The notes below the pieces were generated by a model. It saw nothing but the letters and a program-made list of their open reading frames with translations, did not search any database and was not told the origin of the DNA. Made by a program: the position numbers and the translations under genes. Shown here in pieces: positions 1 to 8,039 of a DNA stretch of 19,637 nucleotides. The stretch comes from Bdellovibrionales bacterium. Its GTDB lineage: Bacteria; Bdellovibrionota; Bdellovibrionia; Bdellovibrionales; JAMPXM01. Position 1 is the stretch's first letter, and the number at the start of each line of letters is the position of its first letter. Location of the stretch: assembly GCA_043739185.1 (NCBI GenBank), contig JAYUEN010000104.1:1-19637 (forward strand), given 5' to 3'.

Positions 1-609
1 AATCAGCCCAATCATGAAAGCGTTATTGCCAAGGGTCTTGGGTGGGATCAAGGTACAGAGAGCGATAATATTGAAGCCGGCTTTATTGGCGAAAAGATAA
101 ACCTCATGGTCACTACAGATCTTGGTAGACCGGACAATTCAAATATCCGCAGCGAGCGTGGATTGGCAATAAATTTGGCTTATAATTTATTTACCACCGA
201 CAAACTTGGCTGGAGTATTTTTTCAGGCAATTCGAATGACAGCACCCGTCTGGTGACAGGTCCCTATGCGGTTTTAAGTTTTTTCCGCAAACTGGTACTT
301 CTCTCTCAGCTCGACCTTCAATTTAAAGATCCGAAGGATGCGAGTTCTGGTTCTGAACAAAAGGGCTTTGTGAGTTTCAACCGCCTGCAGTACGAATTGT
401 CAAAAGGTCTTCATCCCTACCTCATTCATCAGATTTCTTATCTCAACCAAAACAATGTGAGCTCTCGGTATGATTCGTATGGCGCGGGTATAATGTGGTT
501 TCCAAGGCCACATTTTGAATTTTGGACCGAATGGGACAAGGAGCGAAATATGTCTGTCTCTCCTGACTACAGCGATTCGGCCTGGCTTGTGCTTCACTAT
601 TATTTATAA
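1..609 (+). CDS. Putative outer-membrane beta-barrel protein, 5'-partial
   Basis: The frame is open from base 1 (NQPNHESVIAKGLGWDQGTESDNIEAGFIGEKINL-MVTT...), so the gene starts upstream of the window. It has alternating hydrophobic/polar strands rich in aromatics and a barrel-like C-terminal strand (AWLVLHYYL). Confidence 0.65.
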   Translation, partial: NQPNHESVIAKGLGWDQGTESDNIEAGFIGEKINLMVTTDLGRPDNSNIRSERGLAINLAYNLFTTDKLGWSIFSGNSNDSTRLVTGPYAVLSFFRKLVLLSQLDLQFKDPKDASSGSEQKGFVSFNRLQYELSKGLHPYLIHQISYLNQNNVSSRYDSYGAGIMWFPRPHFEFWTEWDKERNMSVSPDYSDSAWLVLHYYL

Positions 610-619
610 ATTAGTCAGT

Positions 620-1399
620 TTAATTTTTTGCACACGTATAGAGAACCTGATTTGTCGGAACCTCTATTGACACCTGCTCACCTAGCGTGAATCTTTTTGA
701 AGGCTCGGTCAATTTTGCTTTGTCAAGCAAAACACACTCTGCGCCTGACTGAACAAGCAAATCACTTTCCCTAAAACTAAATCCGACTGTTCCTGAAATG
801 CGAAGCTTATCATTCATTCTTTCGAAGTTTGCCGTCGAGGCAGGAACTCTCGCAATGTTCCAATCCATATCAACATCCCAAAAGGAGAGAACTGATTTAC
901 GCGGGACACTTATACTAATTTTTCGATTCCCGTCTTTGAGCAAAGACTTTGATTCATGATTGAGCCCAGACAATTCAATTCTATAAATGCGTTCTCCAAC
1001 TTGAACCATGGCTTCGTGTTCGATTGTTACCGGCAAAACTTCCCCAACTAAAATAATAACATCAGACAAGTCAGTGACGCTTGACCTGTTTTGCCAGAAA
1101 CTCATATTTATATTCTGAAGAGATTCTTTTTCTTCAAAAGTCCAACTACTTGCAATTACAGAGGGCTCGAATGTCAAATCAACTTGAGAACCAATTTGGC
1201 TCAATTTTGAATTTTGCTCTTTGGATAGTCCGGAGGTCCTTAACTGGTAGATTCGCGAATCTGTCTTTATGATTTTATATTGCTCATTAAACGAATATTC
1301 TGCCAATCCGACAATTTTGATATTACTTTCTGATGCAAAGTTTAAACAACCAATACACATCCCTAAAAATAACAAAAAGCATTTCATGACTTTCATCAT
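620..1399 (-). CDS. Secreted hypothetical protein with three internal ~60-aa repeats
   Basis: 259-aa ORF with GGGGAGGGG RBS upstream and an N-terminal signal peptide. Repeats lie at aa 27-87, 115-175 and 199-256, and the second linker contains RVPAS. Confidence 0.8.
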   Translation of the reverse strand: MMKVMKCFLLFLGMCIGCLNFASESNIKIVGLAEYSFNEQYKIIKTDSRIYQLRTSGLSKEQNSKLSQIGSQVDLTFEPSVIASSWTFEEKESLQNINMSFWQNRSSVTDLSDVIILVGEVLPVTIEHEAMVQVGERIYRIELSGLNHESKSLLKDGNRKISISVPRKSVLSFWDVDMDWNIARVPASTANFERMNDKLRISGTVGFSFRESDLLVQSGAECVLLDKAKLTEPSKRFTLGEQVSIEVPTNQVLYTCAKN

Positions 1400-1637
1400 A
1401 ACCCCTCCCCAAAAGATTAAATAAAAAACAATTCAATGCAAAGCTCTACAACTGCAAATCGAACGACCTCACCCAAAGGACTTTCAATTGATTAGACCCA
1501 TTCTTTGGGCGTCTTTAGCCCATACCAATGACAAAAGGTCCCGCCCCTACTAAAGCTAATCTCATCTTGAAACGTTTATCCCCCAGGTTCAAATTTTATA
1601 GAATCTAGACTAGAGTTTGCCTGCTTCTCGAGAGAAA

Positions 1638-2450
1638 ATGGCTATTATGGCAAAAACAAAATACCTTCATGGATTCACCAAAAAAGAGCAAATTCGACTC
1701 ATTCACCAATCAAAATTTTTAGAGAAATGGATCTATCAGGGCGTTGAATTAAAAAAATGTAAGAATTTATTAGAAGTCGGTTGCGGAGTGGGAGCACAGT
1801 CCAAAATAATTCTTAAGAGGTTTCCAAAAATACATATTGATGGTGTTGATTTTTCAGAAGCACAACTAAAAGTCGCAAATTCACTTCTTAAAAAAGAACT
1901 TGGTAAACGCATTGAGTTTCATCATCAAGACGCCCAAAAGTTAAAACTCAACAAGAAATTTGATGCGGCTTTTTTATGTTGGTTTCTCGAACATGTGCCA
2001 CAACCAGAACTTGCTTTGAAACAGGTACGCAAACATTTACGACCGGGAGCCAAAATTTATTGTACCGAAGTCTTCAACCATACTCTTTTTCTTGAACCCT
2101 ATAGTCCTTCGTTTTTAAAGTACTGGTCTATATTCAATGACTTTCAATGGACCATAAAGGGACATCCATTTGTCGGCGGACAACTGGGTCATCTTTTAAA
2201 ACAAGCTGGTTTTCGCAATATTGAAATCGAGTTTAGAAGTTTTCATTTCGACTCTAGAGATATCGATAAGCGAAATAGTTTCGTAGACTATTTTTTTCAA
2301 ATACTACTCAGCGCCGCTCCTGTCTTATTAAAGGCAGGGAAAGTGACTCCAACTTTAATTAAGAATATGAAGCGCGAAGTAAGAAAATGTAAATCTAAAA
2401 AAGAAGGCGTTTTTTACTATAGCTTTGCCCGGGCTACAGCCCAGGCTTAA
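1638..2450 (+). CDS. Class I SAM-dependent methyltransferase
   Basis: Motif I LLEVGCGVG, acidic GVDFS, DAQKL, FDAAF, LEHV and LRPGAK, plus N-terminal YLHGF..EQ.RL..Q. The start is likelier ATG 1638 or 1647 than TTG 1617. Confidence 0.9.
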   Translation: MAIMAKTKYLHGFTKKEQIRLIHQSKFLEKWIYQGVELKKCKNLLEVGCGVGAQSKIILKRFPKIHIDGVDFSEAQLKVANSLLKKELGKRIEFHHQDAQKLKLNKKFDAAFLCWFLEHVPQPELALKQVRKHLRPGAKIYCTEVFNHTLFLEPYSPSFLKYWSIFNDFQWTIKGHPFVGGQLGHLLKQAGFRNIEIEFRSFHFDSRDIDKRNSFVDYFFQILLSAAPVLLKAGKVTPTLIKNMKREVRKCKSKKEGVFYYSFARATAQA

Positions 2451-2476
2451 AGCTTCGTTCCTAAGCTAGCTAGGCA

Positions 2477-3469
2477 TCAATTCTTACCGAAAAGTCTTCC
2501 GACCATGGCTTTAATGATGACATTTTGTTTGCCGGTATTGGTGAGATAATCGCTGCCGGTATATCCCCACCAGTCCCAACAAGCATTTGGGTTGCCAATT
2601 GCAAAGCTCGCTGTTGGATATAGTACTACAATCGCATTCGACTCAGCCCACTCATTGTATCCTGCATGAGCGATATAGGCATCGCGCACATACTGAGGAC
2701 TTTGCTGGCAACCATGAAATGCAATATGAAGTCTGCAGCGAACATTTCCCGCAGTACAAACGGCAGGGGTATAAATATAGCCATCAGCACCCATTGAAGC
2801 CCCTGATGCTCCAAACTCACCCTGACTAAATGCTTTTAAATTACTTTTAATCATAGGAACTCGTGGATTAAGTTTACCATATAGCTGATTGAGGGTTTCG
2901 CCAGCGGCATCGTAGCCACAATTATTGAGCCAAGGAGCTCCTTCTTGATTGCATGAATTGCCATAATTTAAAGTCGGCATGCCATGACCACTTGGAATCT
3001 TAGCACGAATTCCGATTTGGTTTGCAGGCACTAAAGCTTGATACATTGAAAGCAATTTATTAGAGGCCTGAGGCAGAATAACTGTATCATTAGAGCCAGC
3101 AAAAATAAAAATACGAGAATTTTTCAAATTCTCAAGGGGATCAATTTTGCCATTCTTAGATGCCGTTGCAATCTTACTTACATAATCTTGAACATTTATT
3201 TGCTCAGGAGATTTCATACAAACTGAAAGTGCCCGACTTGAATCGCCATTGGCACAACCAAAAATTCCTCCTGCAATTGAGCCCATGCCGTGAATCCAAG
3301 AAGAATAAATGACATTCATTTGCACGGCCATCATGGCTCCGGCAGAAACTCCCGAGACACTGATTTGATTGGGGTCTAAAGAAAGTTTTTCAAGACGAGG
3401 CGAAGCTTGTGCTAAAGAGCCAGTTGCGATCAGAGCCGAAATCAATACAAACTTTTTCATTGGCGACAT
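2477..3469 (-). CDS. phaZ: Extracellular poly(3-hydroxybutyrate) depolymerase family esterase (catalytic domain type 2, single domain)
   Basis: Signal peptide (MKKFVLISALIATGSLAQA). Lipase box ISVSGVSAG near the N-terminus, Asp in GSNDTVI, His in SGHGMPT, HGCQQ oxyanion motif, GYNEWAESNAIVVLYP and NPNACWDWWGY. RBS AAGGGAG precedes ATG 3469. Confidence 0.85.
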   Translation of the reverse strand: MSPMKKFVLISALIATGSLAQASPRLEKLSLDPNQISVSGVSAGAMMAVQMNVIYSSWIHGMGSIAGGIFGCANGDSSRALSVCMKSPEQINVQDYVSKIATASKNGKIDPLENLKNSRIFIFAGSNDTVILPQASNKLLSMYQALVPANQIGIRAKIPSGHGMPTLNYGNSCNQEGAPWLNNCGYDAAGETLNQLYGKLNPRVPMIKSNLKAFSQGEFGASGASMGADGYIYTPAVCTAGNVRCRLHIAFHGCQQSPQYVRDAYIAHAGYNEWAESNAIVVLYPTASFAIGNPNACWDWWGYTGSDYLTNTGKQNVIIKAMVGRLFGKN

Positions 3470-3639
3470 GAGCTTCTCCCTTTTAAGTTTATTGCAGCAA
3501 GGCATAAGCATTAAAGCCTTAAATTTGCTTAAGCAAGTATTTCCGCATACTTTCTGCAATTAAATAAGAAGACGCCTTCATTTTGATTTCAAAAGCAATT
3601 GGGAGGCTCCTATGAGAGTTTTATAGATGTTTCTTTTAT

Positions 3640-3668
3640 TTGACCTGCCCCAATCTTTTCCCTAGATT
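3640..3668 (+). promoter_or_regulatory. Sigma70-like promoter of lplA
   Basis: TTGACC-N17-TAGATT ends 9 nt before GTG 3678 and is overlapped by an 8-bp inverted repeat. Confidence 0.55.
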
Positions 3669-3677
3669 GGGCCCATT

Positions 3678-4697
3678 GTGACCAAGCTCAAAGTCTTCTT
3701 ATCAGATAGTTTGAATCCCCATCTCAATCTTGCAACTGAAGAATGGATTTTTCATAATCTCGACCCCTCTTCACAAATATTATTTTTGTGGAGAAATGAA
3801 GAAACTGTCGTTATTGGTCGAAATCAAAATCCGTGGTCCGAATGCAATCTTGCTAAAATGAAGGACGATGATGTTCATTTAGCCAGAAGAACCACCGGTG
3901 GCGGCGCGGTTTTTCACGATCTCGGAAATACCAATTTTACTTTCTTATCACCCAAAGAAAATTATCGTAGAGAAAATAATATCGAAATTATTTTAGCCGC
4001 ACTTCGAAATTTTGGAATAAACGGATCGGCATCCGGCAGAAATGATTTGCTACTTGAAACTTCAGATGGCCCTCGCAAATTTAGCGGCAGCGCTTATCGG
4101 GAAAAAAAGGATCGCGCCTTTCACCATGGTACTCTACTGATAAACGCAGATCTAAGCCGCCTGGGGCAATATCTCACTCCGAATCCAAAAAAGCTTCAGG
4201 CCAAAGGAAAAGAGTCGGTACGCGCCCGCGTAGCAAATTTAAATGAGGTATCAGCTCAATTGAAACACGAAGTTCTGACTTCAGCCATAGTTGATTCTTT
4301 TGAAGAGTTTTATAAAGCCAAAGCTGAAATTGAAGAACTCAATATAACCAGCCTCAAAAATATTCCGGCATTGAAAGAGCAGTTTGAAAGTCTCAGCTCA
4401 TTTGATTGGCTCTATGGGCAGACGATGGCCTTCAATCAGCAGATGAATGAATATTTGTCTTTGGGCTTTTTTGAATTTCAATTTCAAGTTGAAAATGCAA
4501 TCATTCAAAACCTTAAGATCTTTAGCGATTGTTTAAATCCCAATTTAATTGATGAGCTCAGCACTGCGTTTAAAGAGCGGCCCTATCGCGCCGAAAGCGT
4601 ACGAGAAATTTGTCATCCATTAAAGACAAAGTATTCTGAAATGAGTGTAGGGATTTTTGAATTAGAAAACTGGCTCATTACGCAAATCGAGATTTGA
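3678..4697 (+). CDS. lplA: Lipoate-protein ligase A
   Basis: NLATEE, LFLWRN, VVIGRNQNPWSECN, LARRTTGGGAVFHDLGNTNFTF, GRNDL, KFSGSAY, HHGTLL and KLQAKG.ESVRARVANL, followed by the C-terminal LplA domain. Confidence 0.95.
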   Translation: MTKLKVFLSDSLNPHLNLATEEWIFHNLDPSSQILFLWRNEETVVIGRNQNPWSECNLAKMKDDDVHLARRTTGGGAVFHDLGNTNFTFLSPKENYRRENNIEIILAALRNFGINGSASGRNDLLLETSDGPRKFSGSAYREKKDRAFHHGTLLINADLSRLGQYLTPNPKKLQAKGKESVRARVANLNEVSAQLKHEVLTSAIVDSFEEFYKAKAEIEELNITSLKNIPALKEQFESLSSFDWLYGQTMAFNQQMNEYLSLGFFEFQFQVENAIIQNLKIFSDCLNPNLIDELSTAFKERPYRAESVREICHPLKTKYSEMSVGIFELENWLITQIEI

Positions 4698-4707
4698 GTT
4701 AGGGCCC

Positions 4708-5124
4708 TTAGGCCGCACTGTGCTCGGTCAAATCCTTACCAGATTTCACAATAATTCTTAAGACATTGCTTCTTGAAACGATGCCTTGAAGACGGCCGTT
4801 GCCGTCCATAATAATAATTCGGTGAACGGGCTTGGCAATAAACAGACGATATACATCAATAAAATTGTGAGATACTGAAAGGCTTATAAGTTGTTCGGTC
4901 TTCACTAAATGGCTCAAACAGCTCCCTATTTTTCGATCCAAAAGTTTTGCTGCCGCCATTTTCAAAAGGTCGCCTTCGCTGATGACACTGATTACTCGAT
5001 TATTTGCATCGATTACTGGTGCGCCACTAATTTTATGCAAGGTTAGCACTTCAATGGCTTCTCGCACGCTCATTTCTAAGTTGACAGTGTGTACATCCGA
5101 AGTCATAAATTTCTTTACATTCAT
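4708..5124 (-). CDS. CBS domain pair protein
   Basis: VKKFMT.DV.TV, ISGAPVID...VISVISEGDLL and VHRIIIMD.NGRLQGIVSRSNVLR define two CBS repeats. Confidence 0.92.
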   Translation of the reverse strand: MNVKKFMTSDVHTVNLEMSVREAIEVLTLHKISGAPVIDANNRVISVISEGDLLKMAAAKLLDRKIGSCLSHLVKTEQLISLSVSHNFIDVYRLFIAKPVHRIIIMDGNGRLQGIVSRSNVLRIIVKSGKDLTEHSAA

Positions 5125-5150
5125 TTTCGCCTCAGAATTTTAGTTTATTA

Positions 5151-5177
5151 ATTATCGAAAATTAAGATTTCGATAAT
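5151..5177. promoter_or_regulatory. Perfect 10-bp inverted repeat (operator or leader hairpin) upstream of the CBS gene
   Basis: ATTATCGAAA-N7-TTTCGATAAT. Confidence 0.45.
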
Positions 5178-5191
5178 ATTTACATAAGACT

Positions 5192-5218
5192 TTATCGGCA
5201 TTTCATTAAGAAGCCCAA
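5192..5218 (-). promoter_or_regulatory. Putative sigma28 (FliA) promoter of the CBS gene
   Basis: Exact -10 GCCGATAA on the minus strand (5192-5199). The -35 is poor (TTGGG-N14). Confidence 0.45.
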
Positions 5219-5600
5219 GATCCAAATTGAAAAAAAACTAAATAGTTCTGTATCAATTTGAGACATAGAGAGGCAGCTCAATTATAAAGACAGAGCCTTT
5301 ACTTATACTGCTCTTAACAGATATTTTTCCTTGGTGAGCCTCAAAATACGTTTTGAAATAAAGAGTCCCAGGCCCAAACCACTTTTTTTAATATTTTGAT
5401 TCGCTTGGCCTAGTTTTTTGCCGCTTTTTGGCCGCAATTATTCTTTCTAAATAAAATTCTAACTCCTCAATTTTTAGCATATACCGCTTAGGATGCAAAT
5501 TCTTCTAAATGAACTTGAGACCCACTGACAAGGGCCTTATCCCAAAAAGTCCCAAGTCCTCGATGCAATTCAACCTCAATTGAAGCTCGGTTGATTTAGG

Positions 5601-5616
5601 TTGGCTTAATCTTTGC
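5601..5616 (+). promoter_or_regulatory. Putative sigma54 (-24/-12) promoter
   Basis: TTGGCTTAATCTTTGC has exact GG-N10-GC spacing and lies about 50 nt upstream of ATG 5665, after a long intergenic region. Confidence 0.6.
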
Positions 5617-5664
5617 GAGTTCAATGGCGATATCAAAAATGAAGCTTTTTAAAGGAGTACTGCT

Positions 5665-6030
5665 ATGAAAAGGATTTTATATACAGTCATTGCTGCGCTA
5701 TGCATCGATTCGGTCGCAATTGCAGATCAACAGGCAGAGAAAATTTTGGGTTATACTGCGACTCAAACCGGCGTGATATTTCAAGTTAGCTCAGGTGGCT
5801 GCACTCATCCTGAAGACTTTGTCATGCAGGTCAATTTAGGCCAAGTTGCAGAAGTCACACTTTTGCGTATTAGGCCCGATACATGTTATTCTTATATTCC
5901 GACGGGAATCAAAATGAAAATTCCCTATTCAAAAATTGGGATTGAACCCGGCCAGGCCTTCATTGTAAAAAATCAAAATGGTGTGGTTCGTGGCTGGCTT
6001 TGGAAGGATCAAGATCTTTTGAGCCAATAA
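5665..6030 (+). CDS. Small secreted hypothetical protein (FQVSSGGCT...PDTC; likely one disulfide)
   Basis: 121-aa ORF with AAAGGAG RBS, a signal peptide ending VAIA and two Cys in the mature part. Confidence 0.8.
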   Translation: MKRILYTVIAALCIDSVAIADQQAEKILGYTATQTGVIFQVSSGGCTHPEDFVMQVNLGQVAEVTLLRIRPDTCYSYIPTGIKMKIPYSKIGIEPGQAFIVKNQNGVVRGWLWKDQDLLSQ

Positions 6031-6105
6031 AAGACGCCCTGGTCAATTTACTTGCCGCCGTTGAAAATAAAACTACAATATAAAGGAGCCTACCTGGGAG
6101 CCCCA

Positions 6106-6813
6106 ATGCCTACTGGATTCATATTTCAGCAACTTTTTGAGCACACCTCTTCAACTTATACCTATATTATTGCCGATCAAAGCACGCGTGAAGCTGCGAT
6201 CATTGATCCAGTTCTTGAAACACATGAGCGCGATCTCAAGCTCATTCAAGAGCTTAAATTGATATTGAAATTTTCCCTTGAAACTCATCTTCATGCAGAC
6301 CATATCACTGGCTCTGGCGAGATGAGAAAAGCTTTAAACTGTCAAACCGCAATCAGTAGTGAAGCGAACGTAGAATGCGTTGATCTGTTACTTAAAGATG
6401 GTCAAGAGTTGTCCTTAGGAAAGAAGAAAATAAAAGTGCTCGGGACTCCGGGACATACAAATACTTGTTTGAGTTTTCTTTTTGAAGGCATGATTTTTAC
6501 TGGTGACGCCTTGCTCATTAGAGGTTGCGGCAGAACAGACTTTCAACAGGGCTCATCTGAGAAACTTTTTAAGAGTGTGCACGAAAAACTTTTCACTCTG
6601 CCCGATGAGACTCTGGTTTATCCGGCACATGACTATAAAGGCTATACTTCATCTAGCGTCGGTGATGAAAAACGCTTAAATCCTCGACTGGGCGGCAGCC
6701 AATCTTTAGAGAGCTTTTCAAAAATAATGTCTGAACTTAAACTTGATAATCCAAAGAAAATTCATGAAGCAATACCGGCAAATTTAGCCTGCGGTCAAAA
6801 ACTAGGCCCTTAA
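6106..6813 (+). CDS. MBL-fold metallohydrolase, ETHE1-like persulfide dioxygenase
   Basis: FQQLFE..SSTYTY, IIDPV, ETHLHADHITG, TPGHT, FTGDALLIRGCGRTDFQQG, VYPAHDYKG, EKRLNPRL and AIPANLACG. RBS GGAG precedes ATG 6106. Confidence 0.92.
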   Translation: MPTGFIFQQLFEHTSSTYTYIIADQSTREAAIIDPVLETHERDLKLIQELKLILKFSLETHLHADHITGSGEMRKALNCQTAISSEANVECVDLLLKDGQELSLGKKKIKVLGTPGHTNTCLSFLFEGMIFTGDALLIRGCGRTDFQQGSSEKLFKSVHEKLFTLPDETLVYPAHDYKGYTSSSVGDEKRLNPRLGGSQSLESFSKIMSELKLDNPKKIHEAIPANLACGQKLGP

Positions 6814-6840
6814 GGAAAGCTGAGCACTAAGGGCCTTTTG
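6804..6840 (+). terminator. Possible intrinsic terminator between convergent genes
   Basis: AGGCCCTTA-N15-TAAGGGCCT is followed by T-rich sequence, but the loop is long. Confidence 0.4.
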
Positions 6841-6847
6841 TCTGTTT

Positions 6848-7969
6848 CTAAAATGCCACTCGCTCGGTTAATTTTTCAGTTCCTGAAGCATCGTAATACT
6901 TACTCGCGGTACGAAAAAAACGATACCGAATACGATAATCTTGACCCACCTCAAACTTACCGTCAATTTTAACCTTAAGCTGGTTGTTTAGCATAGTTGT
7001 TGTCACCCGAGTTGCATCAAGTGTTTGACAACCTAAAAACCAATTCGAGCAAAGTTCGTAATAAAGCATTAATTTTGAGCTCGCTTCGTTGGTCGCAAGA
7101 TAATTAGCATTGATTGCCAAGTCTCCTTCGAAGCCTGCATTGGTTCGCACTAAACTTCCCGAAATAGCATCTTCAGGAATATCAACTTTTCTTCGCTCTG
7201 CCACCAGCTGAATTTTGGCTGCTCCATTGCGATTGTCAGTAACCTGAGCCGTATAGTAATTGAATTCAGACGCGCGCTCGACTCGAGCAGAATTTACATC
7301 GTATGAAAGTATTATGTTAAAATTATCTTGCTCAAAACTTTGCAGAACCGGATTTAAAATTTGTATTGAATAATGTCGCGGCAAAATGCCCGCGGGCTCA
7401 TGAGCAATAATATTTTTTCGAACTTGGCGAGTTACATTATTCATGCGGCAATTTGAATCACTCCAAAAGCCAAGCGCATGCGCATTGTCAGAGCCAAATT
7501 GAATGCTTATCAAATCATAAAAATGAGTCGTATAGCCCATTTGCAAGAGTGCACTTTCAGCATTTCGCATTTGTTGTTCAAACTCAGACCAATAACGCGG
7601 CCGAAACATAAAGAGCCCGTGACGAACAATTAACAATGCCGATTCATGATCCATGCCTTTTATGGCCACACTCAAAGCCTGGGCTCGGACCTCTTCACTT
7701 GCGCTTAATTCATTCCAATAGTTCTTCCAGTCGCCACTACTTTGATCTACCGGTACATCTAGGCAAAGTGGCACATTAACGATTTCTTCGGTCACCACTT
7801 CACGCACAATTTCTCTTTGAAGCTTAAACTGCACTTCAAAGTCATTGAAGCGTGAATTAAACGCATCGACGTGAAGCGGATATCGTATAGCTTCAGCGCT
7901 TATTTCTCCGGGATATGAGTAGGCATTTAAAGAAATTCCCAATAGGCATACGGCAAGAAATGTTTTCAT
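6848..7969 (-). CDS. Secreted hypothetical protein
   Basis: Long ORF with GGAGT RBS before ATG 7969 and signal peptide MKTFLAVCLLGISLNAYS. It is beta-rich with a central helical insert. Confidence 0.82.
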   Translation of the reverse strand: MKTFLAVCLLGISLNAYSYPGEISAEAIRYPLHVDAFNSRFNDFEVQFKLQREIVREVVTEEIVNVPLCLDVPVDQSSGDWKNYWNELSASEEVRAQALSVAIKGMDHESALLIVRHGLFMFRPRYWSEFEQQMRNAESALLQMGYTTHFYDLISIQFGSDNAHALGFWSDSNCRMNNVTRQVRKNIIAHEPAGILPRHYSIQILNPVLQSFEQDNFNIILSYDVNSARVERASEFNYYTAQVTDNRNGAAKIQLVAERRKVDIPEDAISGSLVRTNAGFEGDLAINANYLATNEASSKLMLYYELCSNWFLGCQTLDATRVTTTMLNNQLKVKIDGKFEVGQDYRIRYRFFRTASKYYDASGTEKLTERVAF

Positions 7970-8008
7970 ATTGACTCCATTCAAGTTAAAACTTTTTGAT
8001 GCAGCTTT

Positions 8009-8038
8009 AACATAGAAATAGAGTCACAAAACTGTCAA
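8009..8038 (-). promoter_or_regulatory. Sigma70-like promoter of the 6848-7969 gene
   Basis: TTGACA-N18-TATGTT on the minus strand. Confidence 0.4.
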
Positions 8039-8039
8039 A

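Noticed and set aside
5388..5480. 30-aa minus-strand small ORF MLKIEELEFYLERIIAAKKRQKTRPSESKY
   Set aside because: It has no well-spaced SD and is short enough to arise by chance. Ribo-seq would be needed to support it.
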